A stretch of DNA of 64,000 nt from Eledone cirrhosa (GCA_964016885.1 OZ024742.1:107322001-107386000); one strand, 5' to 3'; shown: positions 10,728 through 26,100, numbered from the stretch's first letter. Numbers and translations: made by a program. Notes: generated by a model not told the origin, from the letters alone.

Positions 10728-13700
10728 AACAAGTAGGACCCCGACGGCTGAGCTCAAGCCGTTTCGACGGCTAATTCTGGACTCAGAATTTAAAATAACC
10801 CTATATATATATATAAAAAATATAAATAATGAAGAAAGATCAAGGTTAACCATTTAAATCCACTTAAATTTCTACATCAATTTCAAAACAGGTTACAATA
10901 GTACATGCATATGAAAACAATCAGAAATAATTAATTAGCAATTATTAACATAAGACATAATACATATAACTGGATTTCTTTAGGAAATTTGAGAAGGCAC
11001 AAAGTTTACAAAATATAATAAGAATAGACACTGTAGCAAGTATCCAATTGTAGATTGTACCATGGAAACAATGTTTCCATTAGTGTTTCCGTCGTTAATA
11101 CTATCTGCTGGTTGCAACTCCTGACAAAACGGGCAAGATGAAAATAAAGTACTCAAGGAATAAAGATATATAGGAGTCAGCTGAAAAGTTCATAGGCTGA
11201 CTATGAAAGAGTGATGCTAGAGCTGTGAAATCTTGCATGCATTCATTTCAACTCTTCTTATTAATAACTGTATTATTTATTTCCAGGGACTATGTAGAAA
11301 ATTAAACCTCATTTGGTGATTCCATGAGAGTATTGTGGTCAGCCTATGAACTTTTCAGCTGATCATCATATTTATTATGTTTAATTATTGTAATCCTTAT
11401 TTATTGTAGGAAATAAGTTAAAAGAAATCCCCACCAGTCTCAGCAATTTATCCTCCCTCCGAACTCTTGACCTCAGTAACAACCATATAACTCATCTACC
11501 GGCTGAAATATGGAAAGTGCGGGCTTTAGAGAACTTGCTTGTGGATGCTGCAACTATGATTCACCCACCTACAGGTGAGACTTCAATTACTTCCACTCTG
11601 TCATTATCATCATCATTACCATTAACATCATTGGTAGAATCATTAGAGCATTGGTCAAAATGCTTTGTGGCATTTCTTGTGTTTGAATCTTGCTGAGGTT
11701 AACCTTGTCTTTCATCCTTCAGGCCATTATCATCATCATTTAACGTCTATCTTCCACGCTAGCATGGGTTTAGACGGCAATTGTCCCACGTGAGGCAAGA
11801 TTGGTTGTCTTGCTCGTATAGGACTCTCTGACAGGTTTTCTACGGCTGGATTCCCTTCCCAACACCAACCACGTTTACAGTGAGGACTGTGAGGTTTTTA
11901 CCGTGTTACCTATACGGCCACATTACAGCGTGGACTGTGTTTTTTTGTCGATGTTGTGGTACCAACATAACTTTACAGAGAAAGGGGTGGTGTAGGTGGG
12001 GGTAGGGGTAGTGGGATGGGGGTGTATTTTTGGTTAAGAGGTGCCTACTACTGATTGTAGGTTTCGCTTTGTACATAGGCAAGGCGGGTCTTCTGTATTA
12101 CTGTGTAGCGCCAAAGATCTCGGTCCAGTGACATTGTCTTGGAGAGGTGTAAGTGTGTAAGGTCAGAATTTATCAAATCGTCCCAGGTTTTTCTGGGTCT
12201 GCCTACTCCGTGGCTACCGTCTATTTTGATCGCCCTGCACTTTTTTATACAGCTGTCGTCTTTCATGCGCATCACGTGACCATACCAACGTAGTCTTCTC
12301 TCGAGTAAACAGCATCTGATCCCTCTTATTCCTAATTTCTCACTTAGTTCCTTTATGCTTTGCCGTTCACGTATATTACTATTACACATCCAACGGAACA
12401 TGCAAGCTTCGTTTCTCTCTAGTCTGCGTATATCCTCTGCACACAATGCCCATGTCTCACTGCCATGTAACATTGTTGTTCATATGCAGGCATCATACAA
12501 TCTGCCTTTCATTTTTAGAGAGAAACCTTTAGCGGCCAATAGTGGTATAAGCTCTCTGAACTTTTTCCATCCCGTTCTGACTCTAGCTACTGTACTTTCA
12601 GAGCACCCTCCACCACTGCTGATTTTGTCACCCACGTAACGGAAGGTGTCCACTATTTCTATAGAACCATCTGGTCAATGGAAGGAGCTAGTATCCTGTG
12701 GGCACTTGCTACTACTTATTGCACCTGAGCACCGGCCACATATAAAATCTATGTTCTTAGTTAGCTTACCTGTGATCTCACTACATCTTTATGCACCCAT
12801 ACTTTGCATTTGGGACATAAAATGGAGTTTCTGCCTACTCCTTTCCTACACACTGAGCATGACTATTTCCCAGAGGGGACGAGTGCCCTATTTTCCATCC
12901 TACATACTAGAACTTTAGTCTTAGACAAGTTAATTTTAAGGCCTTTTGATTCTAGGCCATGCTTCCATGTTTGGAATTTCTTCTCTAGTTCAGCCATTGA
13001 TTCAGCTATGAGTGTTAGATCATCTGCATATAGAAGTTCCCATGGGCAGCCGGTCTTGAACTCTTCTGTTATAGCCTGAAGGGCAATAATAAATAGGAGG
13101 GGGATAAGGACAGAGCCCTGATGAACACCAACTCTTACGCTAAGATATAATCAACTTCCTCCTGCCCCCAAATTGCTGGCTTTGTGCCAATGTTAAAAAG
13201 AATTATTGGTTTAATGTTCTAAAAATCTGTACAAGAATTAACAATTAATTCCTGTACTACACAAAACTGTATTAGCAAGACATTTTTGAAAAGTACAAAA
13301 CACCACTATGATGACATCACATTAAAAATCAAGTCTTTATTTTACTGCAAATTTACAATGTGACTGTTGATGTGCTGAGGCTGCAGCATCTGCAGGGATT
13401 TCTGGACACCAAACAGGTGTGGTTGCCTTTAGTCAAACACATTTTCTGCAGCTCATTGCTCTGACAGAGTTGTGAAGAAACAACCAAGACAGGGCACTAG
13501 GCATCTGGTATTTTGTCAGGTATTTACAGCCTTCTACAAGTTGAGCAATGTGATCTGTGGAAGTTCCACATTAACAATCTATAGAGTGGCAATCTACAGT
13601 GGCAAGAAAGTGATGATGTTCTCAGAGAAGTATTGAGTGTTAACAAGAAAAACTGGTTGATGTGACCTGGAGGACTTTTGGTCCAGGGACAATTGATAAT

Positions 13701-16700
13701 TTTCATCCTTCTGGTGTCAAAAGGTCATGCTACATCTATGAGGGTACAGTTTCTTTCCTTCTCAGTTACAACAGTATCTAGTTTGTTGTCTTCAATCTTC
13801 ATCTCGGTCTGAATTGGGAATCCCATAAGAGCTTTATTTTATCATTCACTATCACTCTCATATCATTTGTGACACTATGTTATTAGCTTTTTTTCTGCAC
13901 ATGGAAATCTATACTATTTTTATAGTCATTCTGGGTGAACTGCTTACACTCTGAAATGATATGGGCAACTGTCTCTGCTTTCTTTCCACAAATTCTGTGT
14001 TCAGCTTGAACATCTTTCTTCTCTGTTTTTCTTTACTTACCTTGTTCTTATGCCTTGATCTTGCACTGCTAATATAAGTCCTTCCGGTTTTTTTTTTTAA
14101 ATTTAGCCTTTCTGTAACCATAACCAAGTATTTTTGTTATCCCACACATTTCTTCTTTTTATTATTGTCATCATTGGCAATATCAGTAGAGTGGCAGACA
14201 ACATGCTTTGTGGCATAGAGTTATGGCCCTTTATATTTAGCTTTGCTTTTCAACCTTAAGGGGGTCGACAAAATAAAATACCAGTAACACACTGAGTTGA
14301 TTTAATCAACTTTCCCCTCCCCAAAAATTGTTGGCCTTGTGCTTAAATCAAAAACAATTATTATTATCATCATTGTATTTTACAGAGGTCTGTTCCCAAG
14401 GTACTGAAGCAATTATGAAATTCCTTTGCTCAGGTAAGACTAATTATTATCACTTGCACTAAAGCCATATTTATTGGCCAGATTACAAATTTTAAATGAA
14501 TAACTAAAATAGACAAGAGGGGTACAGTGTTAAAGCCTTCCATGTCACATTAGCAATATGTTTTGCTCCTTGCAGGTAGAAAAGGATTTGAACACTCACT
14601 ACTTTTCTTAGTTTATTTTTAGCAGAAGTGATTCAGTAGATGAGGCTTAACTCTTAACACCCTGAACCTCATGAAACCACATTAACAAGACATTCTTAAA
14701 AAGTACAAAACATCACTTATAACTGTATCACATTAAATATTAAAACCTTTTGTTTAGTTTACTGCAGAAAATAAGTCCACTACTAAAAGTATATAAACAT
14801 TCAAATCAACAAATCCATTTTGGGGATATTTTCTGCTAAATCACTACAAGATGTTTGTTTGTTTGGGATACTATGGCTCAATCCCATACATGACATTCAT
14901 GAGTGTTTACCAACTTGTAGAAATGGATTGACATCTTTCTTTTAGTGTGATAAAATGTCTGAAATTGTGATTTTGTTAGTGTGGCTGTGATTTTGTTAGT
15001 GTGGCTGTAATTTTGTTAGTGTGGCTGTAGTTTTGTTAGTGTGGCTGTAGTTTTGTTAGTGTGGCTGTAGTTTTGTTAGTGTGGATGTAGTTTTGTTAGT
15101 GTGGATGAGGTTCTGTTAGTGTGAATTTGCTACTGGGGCTATTATTTTGATAGTATAGCTGTGCTTTTGTTAGAGTTGTTGTGGTGTTTTGATAGTGTGG
15201 CTGTATTTTAGTTAGATGTTGATATGGTGAAGCAGTTGTTGTCATATTTGTTCTTACCTGAGAGGGATTGTTATTATGAGAGTGTGTTTATAGAAGTGGT
15301 CACAGATATCAGAATGACTCAAGGAGAAACTGAGGAGTCAGCTGCAGTTAGAGAAACCACTGTGTAAACTACTTGTCATTATGAGAGCAACTACTGGTCA
15401 CAAAGTCCCCACTAAACATCATATATTGAAATGTATCGCTTCAAATGAAATATTACCTAACCTGTTCTATTATTTCTCATCAGAATCTGGAGAAGAATAC
15501 ATACCTCCATCACAGTTTGTCCTCCAAGTGTTGGATTCCTCAGAAAAGAAACAACAAATGCCCAGTACATTCAGTGACCATTCTATACAACTTCTACAAG
15601 AAGATGCTATGATGACAGTCAGTATTTAAGTTCTCTCATTTGTGTGTGTGTATATCATCATCATCCATTTACGTCCAGCTTTCCATGCTTACATGAGTTA
15701 CAGCCTCCCTTTACCTGCTGCATTCCTTCATCTCCTCTGTGAGGTTCAGCAATTTGAGATCATCTCTCATCACTTCATCTCGTGTTTTCCGCAGTCTTCC
15801 TCTTTCACAGCTTCATTCCACTAGGATTACTTGGCACATCTTCACCCAATAATCATTCTTCATAGACATCACTTGCCCATACCAATGCTTTTTTCTATGC
15901 TTTGTTTTTCATGTGCATTAGCATTACACATCCATTGGAGCATGATTCACAGGCATCATACAACCTGCCTTTTACTTGGTGAGAAAATCCCTTTGTTGTC
16001 AACAGTGGCAGTAACTCCCTGAACTTTTTTCCATCTTATTCTTATTGTAGCTACCATGATTTCAGAACAACTTCTTCCACTGTTAATTAGGTAACTCGGG
16101 TAACAAAAGCTATTAACTACTTCTATGGAACCCTCTCTGAAATGGAAAGTTTATTCACTGGTGCTCTTATTACCAACTATCTCTGTTCACCTGTCACATA
16201 CAAAAGCTATTTTTTGTTAGCCTGCCTGCTGTTCCACTACACTTCTTGTGTACCCATATTTTACAATGTATACATTGTATAGAATACCTACCTACTCTTT
16301 TTCTACTTATTGAACACAACCATTTCTCTGATGGTATCAGAGTCTTATATACGAGATAAGGTTGCTCTGACCTGTCTGGTCTCAGACTGTGACAACCCAT
16401 CCAACCAATGCCAACATTGAAAGGCATAAACAAATGATAATGATGTTGATGCTATTAATGGTTAACAAGAAGATTAGATCAAGTCATACATTAGAGGGGT
16501 AATATCTTACCTTTAGGAGTAGAGGAATTTAATATGAATGGAGGTGTCATTTTAGTCAGCACACATTCTTGGGTGTGATCTGTGGATTAAGACAATGAGT
16601 ATTAGTGCCAAAGACATGGTTCCCGTAGCCTTAACTACATGGTATTCGAGATCAAGGACACCTAGTCAAGCAGACAGGAAGTATGTTGTATGTTGGCACA

Positions 16701-19700
16701 ACCACAGATCCAAAATTCAAGTTATGAGTTATTTTCCCGTGTCAAGAACAGGTTTGTAGCTTAGGTATGTTTTGTATCTCTTATATTTACATATTTACAT
16801 TGTTCATCAGAGATGCCTTGGCAAACAACTTTTGTGTGGCCTCTGTGCATAAATTGCAGAACTTACCATTGCCAATGTACAGTTAGGCTCTGGTAAGTGT
16901 ACTTCATTGTAGTTCATAAAGCATGTTATTTTAACGTAACTGTCTGAGAAGTCTTATCGATAAAAGACATATTCCATTTTCATGGCTTTTCTTGAATTCT
17001 TCTCATTCTGTGATTTCTTCTATTTACAGCAAGATATTCAAAAATATGCTAACTTACAGGTAAGCAAAAAAGTTTATTTTAAATATTTTTCCTTTTTTCA
17101 ACTATATTTATCACTACATCACTTATTGAATGACAAGCCAATGGAGAGATTTTCTACATCAGAATTTTACAAACATTTTTAAATTACTACCTTCTTTTAC
17201 AACATATATTACATCAGCACCTCTTAAAGTCTGTCAAAAATAAATTTTTTTATGTTGGTGTCATGATAAAAAGCACCCATTCCACCCTGTAAGGTAGTAG
17301 TGCTGTGCCGTGATAAAATGCTCTCAATAAACACTGTAAAGTGGTTGGTGTTAGCAAGGGTATCCAGCCATTGGAGCCTATCCAAAAACAGAGTATATGA
17401 GCAGGATATAGTCATCTGACCAGTTTGGCTTTAATATTTGACAGCCCTTCTAACCCATGCAAACAAGAAAAGTAGATATTAAATGGGAATGATAATGATA
17501 AACATTTTTTGTATAACCAAATATATAATTGTACAAAAGTATCTAAAACTATTTGACTTATTAATGTGAAGTTAGGATTGATGTGATGAGACTTAATTTT
17601 TCTCTTGCATCATCACCATGAACATTGTTTTTATGTCAACTGACATGGGTTGGATGGGACTTTGAGGTGATGTTTTACAGGACGACCAAGAAAGACTTGG
17701 GCAGAGGAGATGATGAAGGAACGTGACAAGTGAAGAAATGCCATGCTGAGAAGGACCCATGCAACCATGCAAAAATGGATGTAAAAACGACGATGATGAT
17801 GATAGCAGCATATTGGGAGGTTTTACAATGCAATATTGCCCTGTGTACGCCATCTAAATTACTCAACACCTCCCTGTGGATGTGATCTAAATTATATAAT
17901 ATCTCCCCATAAATGTCAATGAAAATTAGAAAACATTTCCCCATGTATGCCATCTGAATTATGAAACATCTCCCTGTGCATGTCATCTAAATTATTCAAC
18001 ATCTCTTTATATATATCATCTAAATTATTAAACATCTCTCCATGTATGTCATCTAAATTATGAAATATCTCCCTGTGCATGTCATCTAAATTATTCAATG
18101 TCTCTATGTATATGCCATCTAAATTATTCAATGTCTCTCTATATATGCTATCTGAATTATTAAACATCTCCCCATGTATGTCATCTAAATTATGAAACAT
18201 CTCCCAGTTTGTGTCATCTAAATTATGAATCCCATTAAAAAAAAAATCAATTTTCTATATGTTGCAGGAGAAAAAACGTCAAGAACTAATGGCTTTTAAT
18301 CGCCAGTATGAGGAGGACGAGAAGAAAGTTGCCAAGATGGCAGCTTCAGCACTAAAAGACAAAGACCATTTGGTATCAACTATTGCTCAAGTACGTCTCA
18401 TTTGCTTCTACAATTTCTTCAATATTCATTCACCTGATTTTTCTAAAAATAATTTTATTTGTATTTGTTGGCTGTAGATTGGATAATTATGTGATTTTAA
18501 ACATTTTGCATGTGTTTTTACAACTGGATGACTCTCAGTGTCACTGATCACTTGACAAACGGTTTATACAGCCCTGGCAAAGAATGTGCTGCTTAATATT
18601 TAGTAAAGTATACTGGTGCAAGTAATTGAGGCTGGGAATTGAGATAGCCATTATAGCATTGGATCAAATACTTTCTTTGTTCCAGATTTTTACTCTGAGT
18701 TTGAACCCTCCCAAAGTCAAATTTGCTTTTCATCCTTTTAAGATTGATAAATAAAGTACCAGTTCAAGACAGTGGATTGGTGAAAATATTAGAGTGTCAG
18801 ATGGAATGCTTTGTTGTATGTTTCGGCTCTATGCCTCCTAAGTTTAAATCCTGCCTCCTGTCACCTGAACAACGGTGACACAATAGGACTAAAGCTCCTA
18901 TAATTTAAATATCTAAGATTCCTGTGAGATACAACCTCATAGGAGTTTAGCTAAACCTTTTAAGTTTAAGCCATAACAACAATAAATAATGCAAGTAGTG
19001 TAATCCACCTTTGCTAAGGGGCTAATACTATGTTTTAACCTTTTCACTATTGCATTTCTAATGAAATGCACTGCCTATGTGTTTCAGTTTATTTTGAAAA
19101 TAACTAAAAATTTGGAGGAATTTGATAAAATAACTTTTTCATTAGTAAGCTGATATTTAAAACATTACTTAACACAAATTTCTTAAATAAAATTACAGTG
19201 GAAGGTTTTAAATATAAGGATAAACATTTTAAAAATTAGCATATTGGGTTTTCAGCAGAGCTGTTCTGCTAGAGAATGGGTCACAGATGGCAGATAGTGG
19301 TACGGCCACCAGATATGGTTAGTTGCAATATAAGTGGGCAGTTGCTGGATGAATAAGCAATCCCAGACCAACAGTGGTAAACTACTAGGAGAGATGGAGC
19401 AATGAGTGACATCTGTAACTCCCAAGAAAACTCTCACAATCCAGTGCTGTAGATATGATGAGGCAAGTAAGGGCCACCTCTTAAAAAGCCTAGTCTTCGC
19501 AGGTTTCAAAAATGCATGGGTTAACAAGGGACGTGTTCAGGCCTTAGGTAGAGGGGCCTGTTTGAAAAATATATTGCAGTCTCCATTTGATACCGTAAAA
19601 ATTGGCAATGGGCCTGCAGCCTGTCCAGGGAAGCATGGGATGGACGCACAAAGATTGCAAATCCTGAGACCCTAAAGAGGGTTGGAAATGGTTGCTTCTG

Positions 19701-22700
19701 ACAGGACCCACTGGAAGGAGTGTTTGAGGATTCTTCCCCCATGGCCCTCTCAGGAAGATGTGGGCAAAGAAGATGCATATTGGGTTCCTCATTACTGTGT
19801 AAATATTTCTTACAAAAAAAACCCCCAAATAATTATGTCCACTTGTCACAGTTCATTTCTATATGTTTTTTTAAATTCAAAATTTTCTTTTTTTATTTTG
19901 TTTCCATTTCAGGAACAGATGAAACTTAATGAAGACCTGGTAGAACTCAGTAACAAAAAAGAAATTGATCGGCAAAATTTGGTTATATGTCTTGAGGACA
20001 GTAAGTTGAATTAACTGGGTTGAACCTAATTAATTTCTTAATAACTGACATAACAAGATACTCTTAAACTTGCCTAAAACATTCTTTGATTCATCTTTTT
20101 GTACCAGTCGATGGCAGTGGATTGGCAGAATTATTAGTGTTGAACAAATTGCTTTCTGGTAGCTGTTCCGTCACTTTCCATTCTGAGTTTAAATTCTGCC
20201 AAGAAATTCAGATTTCATTGATGACCAGAACTAATAACCTGACTATTTGAACATAACTGATTACAAAAGCTGCAATGGGTGGAGGAGATTTGTGGCCACT
20301 TGCTACTGCAGTTGCCTGACGGTGATGAAGAATGTTTTGTAAATATTTCCCTCAAAGTTTGATGAGATTTCATAGAAAATTTTGAGAGTTATGTTAGAGA
20401 AAGGTCACAGAAAAACTGACTCTGTATATATGCTCAGTACTGAGCTCTCTCAAAAATGATCAACTGTTTCTGTCTGTCTGTATTTGTTATGGTTTACAAC
20501 CATCTGTTGTGTTTCAGTTGAAGAGAGTGCTACTAAACTGCTCAATGATCTCATGCAAATGAATGAAAAGGCTAGAAAACAAGAGGAACTAATGGAAGCC
20601 ATTGAAAAAGAGAAGTAAGTAGTTATACAGCTGTCTCTGACACTGTACTTCATTGTCTCATGCAATCTTCACATTCTGTATTTATCAAGTTTGTGTGAGT
20701 GTGTCATTTACTTTTCTCTATGTGTGCATGTGTTTGTCATTTGTCTGTCAATGTATATGTATGTGTGTGTTTGGGTCTGCCGTCAGCTTGCTTAAGTGTT
20801 TTATCTCTAGGATAAAGTCAATAGTCTTAGAAGTTATAATCTTATACTGTTTATGTTTTGAACAGTGGATGCAGCATGTCCGAATGGTTAAGAAGTTTGC
20901 TTTGCAATCATTAGGTCCCAGGTTCAATTACTAAGTGACATCTTTGGCAAGTGTCATTTACCAATGCCTCAGACCAACTCATACCTTGTGAGTGAAATTG
21001 GGTAGATGGAAACTGTTTGGAAGCCCATTGGATGGACTGTACCTGTAATTCCAAGGGCCAGTGGTCATATTCTATGTCATGCTGAATCTCCCTGAGAATT
21101 TTACATTAAGGGTACAACCCTTACTTATGGTCATGAATCTTGGGTAATGACTAAAAGAATACGATCATGAATACAAGCGACTGAAATGGGGCTTCTTTGA
21201 AGGGTCTTTGGAGTAACGTTACTCTATAGAGTGAGTAGCTCGGAGATCAGAGAGTCACTCTAGGTAAAGCAGCTACTTCTCCAAATTGAAAAATAACAGC
21301 TCCGATACTATGGGCATGTGGTTAGAATGTCTCAGGAAAGAATCACTGGACAGATTTTACAGGCAAAACTAACCGGCAGGAGACTTAGGGTTAGACCCTG
21401 AACAAGATGGTTGAATAACATCTATGAGCTTGGCTGGTCTTGCTTGGGGATCCAGCCGAATCAGTTGCAGACGATTACTTCTGATAGGACCCGCTGGAAG
21501 GAGTGTTTGAGGACTCTGCCCCCATGACTCTCTCAGGAATAAATGGTCATCAAGTCCTATTTGTATTTCATGAAAGAGGGATACTATCACCAAAGGCCAG
21601 AAGAGGACTCAATAAACTTCCCCATAGAAAGATCTTCATCATAATTTTTACATCCTCTTTTCTAGGTTGGCATGGGTTGGAAGGTACTTATTTAAGGCAG
21701 TTTTCTATGGCTGGATGCCTTTCCTGATGCCAACCTTTACTTGTTTTTAGTAAGGTACTGATCTTCACTATTGAACTGCTAAAACACAGAATATATTGTT
21801 CATGTGTGACATTAGCAAACGTCACTGCCTGTGCAAGTGGTGTCAGATGCAAAGCAAAGACATTGCACACATGCACACACACAGTTTCTGCCTACCAAAT
21901 TCACTCACAAGACATATGCACATATACACACATGCACACATACATACACAGTTTCTGCCTACCAAATTCACTCACAAGACATTGGTCAGCTCAAGGAAAC
22001 TTGACCAAGATACTATGTTGTAGGATCAAATCTCAAACCACATAGTTGCAGAGGAAACATCTTATCCATGCTACCATGCCTGCATCTAATAGATATAAAA
22101 CAATAAAAAATAAACAAATAAATGAAGTATATACTCTTTGAACCAGGATTAAGGTTTTTTTTTATTATTATTTGATATGTTTTGTTTAAGAAATATAAAA
22201 TTTACTAAGATATTATCTGTTTTATTGAAGATATCTAATCGAGAGCAAGAATCTACTGACCATATATATGGTCATGCAATATATGGGGGCTATGAAAAGA
22301 TTCAACAACAGAAATATTTAACTTCTCTAGCTGTCCTATTTTTCACCTTTTTATTATTTTTATTTCTTTTGCTTTTTCTCTATCTCTCTCCCCCTCTCTC
22401 TTTTTCTCTTGTTTGGTTTCTTAATTATAAGGGCTATTAGATACCTTTTTCAAGCTATCATGGCTTCCCAGCTCTATATGAACTAGATATTTAAATAATG
22501 AATACAATCAATCTAAAGTTATTATTTCTCATTTTTGTCAATATTGTGTTATAGGGATGAACAAGACCAATATTACATTGTGAGGTATGAAGAAATAGCT
22601 AATTTACGGAGAAAAGAAGTGCTGAGTAAGTTATCATTTTTTTGTATTTATAAATTTATTGAATTTGTTTAAGTGTTTATTTTAACTTTCAGTTAACTCC

Positions 22701-23148
22701 TGCTTGTGTAGTTCTAAATCTAATTTTGTGCTGCAAATTTTACATTTTGTGTCAAATACTATATGTATTTACAGCACTCAGAAAATGTTAAAAATAATCA
22801 TTGCAAATACTTCTGAGGCTCAGAGAATATCAAAGAGTGGGTCATAGTACCAGCCTTAAAGATTTGTGTGGCTTTAAACTTTCCTTAAAATAAAGCCTGG
22901 TTTGTTTCCATGTGATATTGTGAAATGTGTTGATACTATTTACATTCTTGTTGATTGTTATTCCTATACCACAGATTACTTTATAGAAGGATAAGTGTCC
23001 TTGCAAGCCTTTTGCTAGGCTTTTGTGCTGAGGCGTGCTTCAGAATATTCTGAATGGGCACATTGCTTCACAATAATTCTAAGGAGAGTTTGGGAATAAG
23101 CATATCACTGTAAATTTTCTAGGTATACCATTGAAAGGTGGTTTGTGA

Positions 23149-23186
<38 letters not shown>

Positions 23187-26100
23187 TCCATCCACTGGTC
23201 ATCTTTGGCGATGGACCTGGATACTTACTTTTCTTTTGATGAATGGCCAGTTAGCCCTGAAACATACAAAAGCAATCTCTTATGTTTTTTTCTGTGTATA
23301 AACAGAATACCAGAATGTTTTTCACATTTGATTAACCAATTTACAACCACTGGTCATCTTTGGCGATGGACCTGGATACTTACTTTTCTTTTGATGAATG
23401 GCCAGTTAGCCCTGAAACATACAAAAGCAATCTCTTATGTTTTTTTCTGTGTATAAACAGAATACCAGAATGTTTTTCACATTTGATTAACCAATTTACA
23501 ACCACATTTCTAATGAAAAACACTACTTATAATTTTCAAATCATATTTGAAAATAATCAACAATTTGGAGGGATTTAATAATATAACTTGCTCATTTTTA
23601 AGCTGGTGTTCAGGGCGATGTATCGATAGTCATTAAATTGTCGGACAGATGCTTAGCAGTATTTGTCCGAGCTCTTTATGTTTTGAGATCTAATACCGCT
23701 ATGGTCAACTTTGCCACTCATCCTTCAAGGATCAATAAAATAAAGTACCAGTAATGTACTGTGATCAATGTAATCCCCCCCCCCCCCCCCAACACACACA
23801 CACACATTTTCTGGTCTTGTGCTAATGTTAGAAACAAAAATTCCAATGATATTTACAACATAACTAAACAAAGGTTCTTACATAAAATTATGATGGAAGG
23901 TTTTTAGATAAAGGTAAACATTTTACAACAAACAGTTATGTATCATAGAACTAGAGGCAGTTTCAGGCAATTTGATATCAAAAGGGTTTAAGTTACACAA
24001 GGATTATAAAATATAGTTATACCCACATTAAATCTATTGTAGATTTTCTAATATATGCTATGTTCATCATCATCATCATTTTACGTCCGCTTTTCCCTGC
24101 TTGCAAGGGTGAGACGGGTCCTATTCAGCTTCAATGATCTGAGGTCTGCTCTCACCACCTCCGCCCATGTTTTTCGTGGTCTTCCTCTACTACGTCTTCC
24201 TTCAACTGGCATTTCTTGGCTCTTCTTCACCCATCAGTCATCCTCCATGCACATCACATGTCCATATCATCGCAGTCTCCTCTCCCACACACTACAATTT
24301 ATCCCTCTCAGACACAGTTTCTCTCTCAACACATCCATGCCTGGCCGTTCACGCACATTGACATTGCACATCTAACGGAGCATGCTTGCCTGATTTCTCT
24401 CCAACTGTCGCATATCCTCTGCAGTTGCTGTCCATGTCTCACTACCATGCAGCATTGTGCACCTCACACAGGCATCATATAACCGGCCTTTCGTACGCAG
24501 GAAGAAACCCTTCTTCATAGCAGAGGAAGCAGCTCCCTAAACTTCTTCCAACCTGTCCTTATTCTAGATACTATGGCTTTGGAACACCCCCCGCCCATGT
24601 TAATCTGATCACCTAGGTACCAGAAGCTATCAACCAGTTCTATAAGACCCACCTGCATTTGAAAAATGTGTCTATCAATGCAACTTCTACTGTCAAATTT
24701 CCCTGTACATCTACTGCATACGTATTTCTCCCTACCTGTTAGTTTGCCTGCTATTCCACTACATCTCTTGTGTACCCAAGATCTGCATTGTGTACATTTT
24801 ATAGAATTTATGCCAATTCCTTTTCTGCATATCGAACATGGCCATTTCCCTGATGGAATCAGAGTTTTGTCCTCTTTTCTACTCATCAACACTTTAGTCT
24901 TAGCTAGGTTCACTCTCAGTCCTCTTGATTCCGACTGCTGTTTCCATAGCCAGAATTTATTCTCTAGCTCCTCTACTGATTCTGCTATAAGAACCAGATC
25001 GTCAGCATAGAGAACTTCCCAAGGACAGCCAGTCTTAAACTCCTCTGTTATGGCTTGGAGGACTATAATGAACAAGAGCGGGCTGAGGACTGAACCCTGA
25101 TGTACTCCTACTTGTATCTGGAATTCCTTACTAAACTCCATTCCTACCCTCACTTTACTGACAGCACCTCTGTACAAAGCATGCACTGTCCTCACAAGCC
25201 ATTCCTCAACACCTAGTTTCCTTAGGCACCACCAGATGACAGATTGGGGTACCCTATCAAAGGCCTTCTCTAGGTCAACAAAAGCTAAGTATAGTGGCTT
25301 ATTCTTCTCTAAGAATCTCTCTTATAATTGTCTCACTAAGAAGAGGGCATCTGTTGTACTTTTCCCAGGCGCAAAACCAAACTGCATCTCATCTAGTTTG
25401 ACCCTTTCTCCAATTAGTTGCGCTAATATCCTTTCTGCCACTTTCATAACTTTATGTTCTGCAAAAATATTAATTATTCACTTGCTATACAATTTTATTT
25501 TCTAAATAGACCGCATGGAAGAAATACTGAATAGTTCTGCCTACTTAGAGAATTGTCGTAGGAAACATGATGCTGATAAGAAACATGCTGCCAGAAATGC
25601 ATTGGAAAAGTAAATATTCCTCTATTTTTTTTTTTCATTTTTGTTGTTGTTTATTCCCAGATCTGCCTTGAGAAGACTTCTGGTGAAAGACTTTCCAGCA
25701 ATGATCATCTCATGTTTTCAAGTGAAGTGTACTTAGGACAACATTATATAAATTGCTCTTCTTTCTTGTCTTCTAATAAAGGTTTATTTTGTTGCTTTTT
25801 TTTTTATCTCCCAGAGAGATGAATTCTACTCTGTTTTTGGATGATTTCTTGGAATCAAAGTCAGCAGAACAGGATGAAATGGTCAAAGTTCTTACAGAGC
25901 AGGTTTGTTACTCTACTTCTACCAACTGTATTTCTTTATTAGCAAGTCTCAAAATCTGGTATAAAACTAATTTTTCTTGGATTTGGGAGACTTTTTTAAA
26001 GTTATCATTTGACCCCTAACTTGATACAGTCTTTTGGAGTTCATGAGAGATAAGGGAGATATGGTGTTGTGGGTAGACAGTTGGCCCCTAAATTGTTATT

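Noticed and set aside
17675-18200. 11-aa repeat protein ORFs
   Set aside because: Translation of a 33-bp intronic minisatellite with no splice or start support.
20218-20320. C/D-box snoRNA (TGATGA...CTGA)
   Set aside because: No terminal stem or recognisable rRNA guide; the motifs are expected by chance.
23145-23456. Poly-Gly ORF of 103 aa
   Set aside because: Artefact of the G homopolymer and tandem duplication.
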